A stretch of DNA of 64,000 nt from a virus. Where the stretch lies: IMG/VR virus record IMGVR_UViG_3300045918_000157, positions 1 to 64,000 of that record, one strand, 5' to 3'. The translations under genes and the position numbers were made by a program. The notes beneath the pieces were generated by a model, which was not told the origin of the DNA, made no database searches, and saw only the letters and a list, made by a program, of their open reading frames with translations. Positions 58,347 to 64,000 of the stretch are shown here, in pieces. How positions within the stretch are numbered: the stretch's first letter is position 1; each line of letters begins with the position of its first letter.

Positions 58347-58600
58347 AGCTGTTCCTTTTGCCGATGTTAGTACCGCTCTACAATCTCTCATCTAGCTTGT
58401 TAACCTATGAACGTCCTCCCGAAGGCTTTAGAGGCGTTTTAAGGGCCTGCGGAGGGTTCAAGCCACAGCCATATTGGGACAAGAAATTGAGGGCCTTGGG
58501 CGTCGATCTGGAGGCCGTCCAGATTTGAAAACGCTCCGGTAATTCTTGCAATCTAGCCTTTTCCGTACCAGAACCACGAAATTTGACTTCAAGTATTCTA

Positions 58601-58670
58601 TCAGTCAAATCGTCAAGACTGCATGGTGAGGCAGCCATGCAGTCTTGCAGTCAAACAGTCAAGCTGCCAT
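58601..58670. repeat. downstream 8-bp repeat array (parS/parH centromere-like)
   Basis: GCAGCCAT GCAGTCTT GCAGTCAA ACAGTCAA GCTGCCAT (58631-58670), plus TCAGTCAA ATCGTCAA and an inverted copy CAAGACTGCATGG (58614-58626). Confidence 0.75.
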
Positions 58671-58674
58671 GCCA

Positions 58675-58896
58675 TCAGAATCTCAGGCCGCGCTTGGCGA
58701 AGTCAGCCTCAATCAGGCCCATGACATAGCGCTGTATCTTGGTTCTCTCTGCTGTAGTCAGGTGGATGACATGCTCCCACTGGACCCTGTTCATGCGCAG
58801 GGTCAGGTTTACGACATCACCCGGCAGCTTGGCTGGCTTTTCCTCCCTGACAGGTGGAGGAACTTTCATGAAGTCTAAAAGACTTGGCTTAGCCAT
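58675..58896 (-). CDS. ribbon-helix-helix DNA-binding protein (ParG-like centromere-binding protein)
   Basis: Flexible Pro/Lys N-terminus, beta strand VVNLTLRM, two helices ending DFAKRGL. Lies downstream of parA. Confidence 0.65.
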   Translation of the reverse strand: MAKPSLLDFMKVPPPVREEKPAKLPGDVVNLTLRMNRVQWEHVIHLTTAERTKIQRYVMGLIEADFAKRGLRF

Positions 58897-58897
58897 A

Positions 58898-59164
58898 TCA
58901 AACTCCAACCATGTGCTTAACTAACAGACTATCGTACAAAGTGTAAGCCTGCTCAAACTTCCAAGCTAACAAGTCAAGTGTCTTGGACTTCTCTATCTCT
59001 ACGCTAAAAGGATTAGAGATAGGCCCACTACGGCTTGGCCTAAGCTTATACTCTCTAAACTGAATGCGAATATTTTCGCATTCAGTGTAGCACTTACTAA
59101 GTTCAAGCATGTAAGCAGCCTGCTCATCGGCAGTTAACTTCTTCCACCTTGCATTAACTAACAT
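58898..59164 (-). CDS. hypothetical protein between parA and the RHH gene
   Basis: 88-aa ORF. Its ATG overlaps the 3' end of parA and its stop is 1 nt from the RHH ATG. Confidence 0.6.
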   Translation of the reverse strand: MLVNARWKKLTADEQAAYMLELSKCYTECENIRIQFREYKLRPSRSGPISNPFSVEIEKSKTLDLLAWKFEQAYTLYDSLLVKHMVGV

Positions 59165-59819
59165 GCTCCACCCCACAAGCTTCAATGCTTGTCTCTACTG
59201 CAGCATGTCCGGTGGCTAAGTAACTGAGAATATTTGTGCAAACTTCAGCGACTTCTTTAGCGGGCTTGCCATCCGGTTCAAACTCTGCTACAGCTTGACC
59301 AGATACTAGTGCCCTCCACATAGATCGCCAATTGTTGACTTGACCCACTACTGGATGACCAGTAGCTTCAAGTGCTATCCTTGTAGCAGAAATCTCAGGG
59401 GCCTTTTGAGGACAGTCAGATAGCAAGAACACGAAGGGCTTGCCACCTATTAGCTTTAGTGCATCAGGCATCGCTGCAAGATCGAGAGGCTCAGGCCTTA
59501 CAGGCACTACTATCAGATCAGCTACTCCAATGATCTGCGCTGTCACTGCTGACACGCTAGGAGGCGAATCAATAATAATCAGGTCGTAACCATCAGCTAC
59601 GGCTCCTGCTATAGCTTGAGGTAAAAAACTTCCAGGTACAGGAACTACCACCGGAGACTCGTTTAGTCTCTGGTTTCTCCATGCAACAGCACTAGCTTGA
59701 GGATCACAGTCAAGGATACATACATTAAGACCTGTACCAATGGCTGCTACCGACAGGTGTACGCAGAGAGTTGTCTTTCCAGCACCCCCTTTTGGGGAAA
59801 AAATGGCAATGACTGGCAC
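59154..59819 (-). CDS. parA: ParA/ParF-type partition ATPase (type Ib, no N-terminal HTH)
   Basis: Deviant Walker A KGGAGKTT, DCDPQAS, YDLIIIDSPP, ADLIVVPV.P...D. GTG start after GGAG. Confidence 0.92.
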   Translation of the reverse strand: MPVIAIFSPKGGAGKTTLCVHLSVAAIGTGLNVCILDCDPQASAVAWRNQRLNESPVVVPVPGSFLPQAIAGAVADGYDLIIIDSPPSVSAVTAQIIGVADLIVVPVRPEPLDLAAMPDALKLIGGKPFVFLLSDCPQKAPEISATRIALEATGHPVVGQVNNWRSMWRALVSGQAVAEFEPDGKPAKEVAEVCTNILSYLATGHAAVETSIEACGVEHVS

Positions 59820-59849
59820 GATTTTTGACTCCAAGTTGTTAAGGCTTGG

Positions 59850-59879
59850 ATTATCAGCATATTGGTGTCGTCAAGTCAA
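59850..59879 (-). promoter_or_regulatory. sigma70-type promoter of the parA operon
   Basis: Minus strand TTGACT-18 nt-GATAAT. Confidence 0.6.
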
Positions 59880-59935
59880 GAACTCTTTCAGGCATGGGGC
59901 CGATCAGGCGTTAAGGCGTGGGGCCTCTAACTCAT

Positions 59936-59983
59936 GCAGGTATGCAGTCAAGCAGCCATGCAGGTATGCAGTCAAGCAGTCTT
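59936..59983. repeat. upstream 8-bp repeat array (centromere/operator-like)
   Basis: GCAGGTAT GCAGTCAA GCAGCCAT GCAGGTAT GCAGTCAA GCAGTCTT, six contiguous octamers. Confidence 0.85.
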
Positions 59984-60123
59984 CCCGTCCTCCCTACGCT
60001 GCCAGATATGCCGGATCACCAGCTTGTCTCCGTCTCTGAGCAGGCGAATGCGCCCACCACAGATCACACCCCATAGGCCGATAGGGTTTCTCAGATGGCG
60101 TGCCATGTAAATTGGTTTCATGG

Positions 60124-60345
60124 CTAGCTGTTGTCAGTCTTAAAGTTTTCATTCAGCCAGATCAGAAGGCCTTGCTTGTCTGTAGGGATTTCTACAAGCT
60201 CGATAGATGACTCAGCTTTAATGTCAGGCAACGTCTTCAGGGCTACTTTAAGAGCGTTCTCTGCGGAGGGTGCACTATCACGCCAAATTAACGTGCTGGC
60301 TTTCTCGTAGTGGTGTATTCTTACACGGAAGAGTTTGAGTCTCAT
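60124..60345 (-). CDS. hypothetical early protein
   Basis: 73-aa ORF with a PTDK.GLL.WLN motif. Confidence 0.65.
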   Translation of the reverse strand: MRLKLFRVRIHHYEKASTLIWRDSAPSAENALKVALKTLPDIKAESSIELVEIPTDKQGLLIWLNENFKTDNS

Positions 60346-60617
60346 GGCTATTTCTCACTGTGCTTAATAGCGTACAAAGCTACCAAGGCGTAGATGATGG
60401 TGAAAGCTGTAGTGCTGATAATTAATGGAGACATTATGATTGTCACTCACTATGTGTAACTACGTACCATGTAGTAAGTCCTGCAATAACACCGATAACT
60501 GCGAGGATAATTACAAGCGGTGTTATCATGGTGTCTACTCACTGTGTTTAGTAACGTACCAAACAATAAGGCAGATAACGGCAGCAGAAACAATCAAGGT
60601 TACGATTAAGGGGGACA

Positions 60618-60806
60618 TTAGGATGGTTTCCTTAGTTGAAAAGACGCTGAAATTATCACTAAACACCAGAAGAAAAGGCTTGCGATTTCGGCTCCTGAAA
60701 TAAGGCTGTGTCCCGTAGCGCCGACTACAGCACCAATGAAAGCTGCGGCTGCAATGGTATCAAGAAACCTAGCCAAACCTTCTCTTTGCTCTTTGACGAA
60801 CGTCAT
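60618..60806 (-). CDS. small two-TM membrane protein
   Basis: QREGLARFLDT followed by two hydrophobic helices. Confidence 0.65.
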   Translation of the reverse strand: MTFVKEQREGLARFLDTIAAAAFIGAVVGATGHSLISGAEIASLFFWCLVIISASFQLRKPS

Positions 60807-61072
60807 TACTGATGCTCCTTAGCGTACTTCAATTGTGCGGTAGAAGGGTAGAGGCACACGCCATAGTCAATCCAACCACCGGACATTTCTGTATCATTGC
60901 ATGTGTAGCATAGATGCACAATTCTTCCAGCCTGTGCAACTTCCTTCACAGTGTAGATTTGAGCGTCAAGTCTTTCAATAACAACAACTTGCAGGCCGAT
61001 CTTGATGTCAGCAAGTGGTACGTCTTTGGGTTTCTTCTTAGCCATGATTATCCTTACAGTGTTTGCTGTCAT
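60806..61072 (-). CDS. hypothetical early protein
   Basis: 88-aa ORF coupled to the next gene. Confidence 0.6.
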   Translation of the reverse strand: MTANTVRIIMAKKKPKDVPLADIKIGLQVVVIERLDAQIYTVKEVAQAGRIVHLCYTCNDTEMSGGWIDYGVCLYPSTAQLKYAKEHQ

Positions 61073-61220
61073 ACCCTTGCTGCCAAAACTTGGCTGCGTC
61101 TGAGCCTTCTCTATAGGGGTTTGTCTGACCTAAAGTTGACTCAATTCCGTGTCTTGTGTACCGTTCCTTGATTAAACGTCGTGCTTCTTCAATTTGTGGA
61201 TGAATTGGCGTTGGCATTAT

Positions 61221-61493
61221 CTACTTCTTTACCATCTCATGATCAATAGTCTTGCGCCACACGTTAACGCTCCACTTCTCTCTGACCCCTGTTAGGTACA
61301 CATTGAGAAATTCCGCGGACTTGGCAGTATTCCCGAACCACCATTCAAATCTCGCAGAGTCTGCAGCCAGTATGTCGGCCTTGAAAGCCTTCACAGGCTT
61401 GTCAGGGTCAAGAATTAGGATTCCGTCAGGGTCACTTTCAATGTCAGAAGGGTGTCGAGGCTTTCCGGTATAAGGATTGAATAACACAGTCAT
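61221..61493 (-). CDS. hypothetical early protein
   Basis: 90 aa, AAGGAG RBS. Confidence 0.65.
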   Translation of the reverse strand: MTVLFNPYTGKPRHPSDIESDPDGILILDPDKPVKAFKADILAADSARFEWWFGNTAKSAEFLNVYLTGVREKWSVNVWRKTIDHEMVKK

Positions 61494-61508
61494 GCTGTCT
61501 CTCCTTAC

Positions 61509-61700
61509 CTAATCGGACTCATCTACAACAATCCAAGTGAACTTGCACCGTGTGCAGTTGTAGTGGTATCGGTCATAGGCCTCATCGAAGGTGGTATCTG
61601 TTGTGTACCAAACAGTATCACCCTTACACTGCTTGCACAGGAACGGATTAGTACGTCCGGTGTTATCGACCTTACTAGGTAATGACATCTTTCCAGCCAT
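61509..61700 (-). CDS. small Zn-ribbon protein
   Basis: CKQC...CTRC...W. Confidence 0.65.
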   Translation of the reverse strand: MAGKMSLPSKVDNTGRTNPFLCKQCKGDTVWYTTDTTFDEAYDRYHYNCTRCKFTWIVVDESD

Positions 61701-61701
61701 G

Positions 61702-62109
61702 CTAATGCTCCGTTATCAAGATCATAGCCACGCGATCACCCTCATTGACAACCTCAAAGACGTACTCACCGTCAGGCATGTCAATGAAGTCAAAGCTTCT
61801 GCGCCAGATCGGCGGTGCATCACTTTGTGGAGTCAGCTGCAGATGCCCCTTGGCGTCCTTTACATGCGCCGAAAACCTGCAGTAAGGTTGGTTATGCTTT
61901 CGCATAGCGTTTGGTATCTCAGTCGCTGCTATCTCAAGCATCCACCTACAGCCCGCATCAGCGCAAGCCTTCACACCATCGCTGTAGTGAAAGCTCTTTA
62001 CAAACCAGTGATGGTAGAACTTGTTGCAGCCGTTGCGTATTTGACTGTACTCTTTTTTAAATGTCTCTGTGTCCATGTCAGTCTTTCTTAAAGTTAATGA
62101 TGTCATCAA
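61702..62109 (-). CDS. hypothetical protein (DUF6876-like)
   Basis: YSDGVKACADAGC.W...FIDMP...IL..EH motif. Confidence 0.65.
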   Translation of the reverse strand: MMTSLTLRKTDMDTETFKKEYSQIRNGCNKFYHHWFVKSFHYSDGVKACADAGCRWMLEIAATEIPNAMRKHNQPYCRFSAHVKDAKGHLQLTPQSDAPPIWRRSFDFIDMPDGEYVFEVVNEGDRVAMILITEH

Positions 62110-62324
62110 CTAGTGCTGAGAATCTCTTTGGTACCACTATCTTTTTCAGTCATGCTAGCAAGAACCTTGTTGAACCTATCGCTTGCAGAACGGTGAGCGA
62201 TAACAGCGTTTTTCCAATCCTCATCACTGCAAAACGTAGCGTTCATACGTCCCCAAGCCTTGCTTACCTCGACTAGGTGACTTACATGGCCGCGCAAGAT
62301 GTCAGCCTGCTTCCTTGTTAGCAT
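62106..62324 (-). CDS. hypothetical early protein
   Basis: 72 aa, AAAGGAG RBS. Confidence 0.6.
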   Translation of the reverse strand: MLTRKQADILRGHVSHLVEVSKAWGRMNATFCSDEDWKNAVIAHRSASDRFNKVLASMTEKDSGTKEILSTS

Positions 62325-62760
62325 GGCTAGCTCCTTTAATGCCTAAATTCTTCTCAGCGTGAATACTCATGATTTTACGAGCAGCAGCTTCAGTGTTAAA
62401 GGGTCCATACTCAAAGGCCCATGTCTCGTCGTAGAAGTACCACTCACCACCACGCTTATGCACAGGGTCTTGCCGCACATCAGGTATTCGTAAGGCGTTA
62501 ATCTTAGCCAGTTCCTCATCCCACCGATGAAGGAAACTCTCTTCCCCATCATCTCCGCAGATCAGCCAATCTACGCGCTGAATCATAGCTTCGGCTATGT
62601 ATGCTGCCTGCGCTGCAAGCTTTAATTTTTCAACGACAGCCGGTGAGAAGCCGTAGCCTAGTCTCTTACTGTTGTCGTCGTTGTCTTTAACGATCTGAGC
62701 TATCTCTTCGGCTATCTCCCGAATGCCCTCTTGCTTGTAGTCGAAGTGTCCACCTGACAT
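62302..62760 (-). CDS. conserved hypothetical phage protein
   Basis: MSGGHFDY...RVDWLI.GDDGEESF motif. Confidence 0.7.
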   Translation of the reverse strand: MSGGHFDYKQEGIREIAEEIAQIVKDNDDNSKRLGYGFSPAVVEKLKLAAQAAYIAEAMIQRVDWLICGDDGEESFLHRWDEELAKINALRIPDVRQDPVHKRGGEWYFYDETWAFEYGPFNTEAAARKIMSIHAEKNLGIKGASHANKEAG

Positions 62761-62761
62761 A

Positions 62762-63073
62762 TTAGGTTCCTTTCAACTTTAGAACTTCGTTATGAAAGCG
62801 CTTAGGAACTTTACGTGTGCGGTGCTGGTAGGCGTCCTCAAAGTATTCAGGCAGTGTGCTATCTTCATTAAGATATGCCCATGAGCGGCTGTCGTTGGTG
62901 TCACAGACAAGAACCGTCACCCACTCTGTTCCGGGGTGGCAGGGCTTGCTAGACTGCTTAACACAATCAGAATACGATTCTTGGAACCAGTGTTCAATAA
63001 CTTCACCTTGCTCATGGTCTTCAGTTTCTTCGCTGGTCACTTCTTCAACATCCCACTCATAGATAGCTGACAT
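62762..63073 (-). CDS. hypothetical early protein
   Basis: 103 aa, AAAGGAG RBS. Confidence 0.7.
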   Translation of the reverse strand: MSAIYEWDVEEVTSEETEDHEQGEVIEHWFQESYSDCVKQSSKPCHPGTEWVTVLVCDTNDSRSWAYLNEDSTLPEYFEDAYQHRTRKVPKRFHNEVLKLKGT

Positions 63074-63091
63074 GTTAGGCTCCTTTGTTAG

Positions 63092-63370
63092 TTACAGTTT
63101 TATTCCATGCTTATCAAGCACCGATTGCAGGTGCTTGTTGCCTTCTATACGATACCAGTCTGCTCTAGCATGGCCCATCGTTAGCCCAGCTGCTGCGTTA
63201 TACCAAGCGTAGGCTAACGCATCGTTACCAGCGTTAGCCTCAGTTTTAGCTTGCTGTTCACAGCCGTAAGGGGTGCGAGCGTTCTCATAGTCAGCTATCA
63301 TCTGTCCGACTGTTGAGTTGGCGGCTTTTAACTCTGCTAGGTAGGCCGGTGTAAATTTTTGCTTAGCCAT
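63092..63370 (-). CDS. hypothetical early protein
   Basis: 92 aa, AAAGGAG RBS. Confidence 0.7.
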   Translation of the reverse strand: MAKQKFTPAYLAELKAANSTVGQMIADYENARTPYGCEQQAKTEANAGNDALAYAWYNAAAGLTMGHARADWYRIEGNKHLQSVLDKHGIKL

Positions 63371-63382
63371 GTTGGCGCTCCT

Positions 63383-63619
63383 TTAAAGTATCTTAATGAG
63401 TGCAGCAACTGCACCTACGGCTGCTACGCTTAACGCCCCAAGCTTTATGACAATTCTCTGCTCAAGCAGCCTTAGCTCAACCTGAAGGTCGTCCTTGGTT
63501 ACTAATTGAGAAAACACTTCTTGGTGTGCGGCAACAAGGCACTCAGCCTGCTCTTCACTGAAGCCAGCATCACGCAGCTTCTTTACGAAGGCGTGTGAGT
63601 CGAAAATTAGAGCGGCCAT
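63383..63619 (-). CDS. DUF1640/CCDC90-like protein
   Basis: FDSHAFVKKL..AGFSEEQAE, LVTKDDL and C-terminal TM. AAGGAG RBS before ATG 63619. Confidence 0.8.
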   Translation of the reverse strand: MAALIFDSHAFVKKLRDAGFSEEQAECLVAAHQEVFSQLVTKDDLQVELRLLEQRIVIKLGALSVAAVGAVAALIKIL

Positions 63620-63620
63620 G

Positions 63621-63827
63621 TTAGCTCTCCTTAGCTGCGGCTGCAACAACAGCCTTAGCTGCCCATTCGTGCATCTCCCATTCAGCGCTGAAGAACTTCT
63701 CATTTGTAGAAGTAGTTTCACCAAGCACTAAGTCGAACAGCGTGTCTTCACTGTCGTCTGCTTTGAACGCAAAGCCGTACTCGGTATTACCGTTGGACTT
63801 GGCACACATGTATGTTTCGTAGATCAT
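63621..63827 (-). CDS. hypothetical early protein
   Basis: 68 aa, GGAG RBS. Confidence 0.6.
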   Translation of the reverse strand: MIYETYMCAKSNGNTEYGFAFKADDSEDTLFDLVLGETTSTNEKFFSAEWEMHEWAAKAVVAAAAKES

Positions 63828-64000
63828 TTAAAGCTCTCCGATAGCTGAGCGTTGATTGATTCCTTCAAGAACACAGCGCAAGCCTCGTCGAAGACCGCAC
63901 ATCTGTCATCTGTAAGCACAATCACACCGGCGTCACGCATGGCTCTGCACGCAGAGTCACTCATGTCACGCACTATGTTCTTGTTACGTTCGTTCATGGC

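Noticed and set aside
59936-59983. Short repeat arrays as possible CRISPR or mini-array
   Set aside because: Contiguous 8-mers with no unique spacers and no cas genes; better explained as protein-binding repeats.
1-64000. tRNA genes, integrase/att site, stop-codon reassignment
   Set aside because: No cloverleaf or recombinase motifs recognised by eye, and genes are full length in the standard code. A tRNAscan/HMM run would be needed to exclude them formally.

Overview
This window holds most of a tailed dsDNA phage genome (siphovirus-like, host probably a Proteobacterium) in two opposed arms. The + arm (about 2.9-39.6 kb) runs: HTH regulator, TerS, gpA-type TerL, portal, S49 protease with nested scaffold, decoration and major capsid, neck and tail genes including a -1 frameshifting chaperone, tape measure, modular tail tip and fibres, a CBM + GH12 glycanase, holin candidates, GH24 endolysin and Rz/Rz1. 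The - arm (39.6-64 kb, plus 1-2.1 kb) carries an SbcCD-like nuclease, resolvase, family A DNA polymerase, dNMP kinase, HNH, MazG, DnaQ exonuclease, putative SSB, primase-helicase, SNF2 helicase, ATP ligase and many small early genes. I saw no integrase, CI-like repressor, tRNA, CRISPR array or reverse transcriptase. Most notable: (1) a three-gene ParA-orf-RHH cassette bracketed by two arrays of 8-bp repeats, i.e. a plasmid-type partition system in a phage with its own replication genes; (2) a 21-bp bipartite box (CCAAW-N11-CCWAK) at nine promoter-like positions, including over the parA -10, suggesting one regulator couples late activation with shut-off of the partition genes; (3) a phage-encoded CBM5/12 + GH12 glycanase beside the lysis genes; (4) structured non-coding regions at 0.45-1.5 kb and 53.3-53.6 kb. 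All functional calls come from motif recognition by eye; no searches were run.
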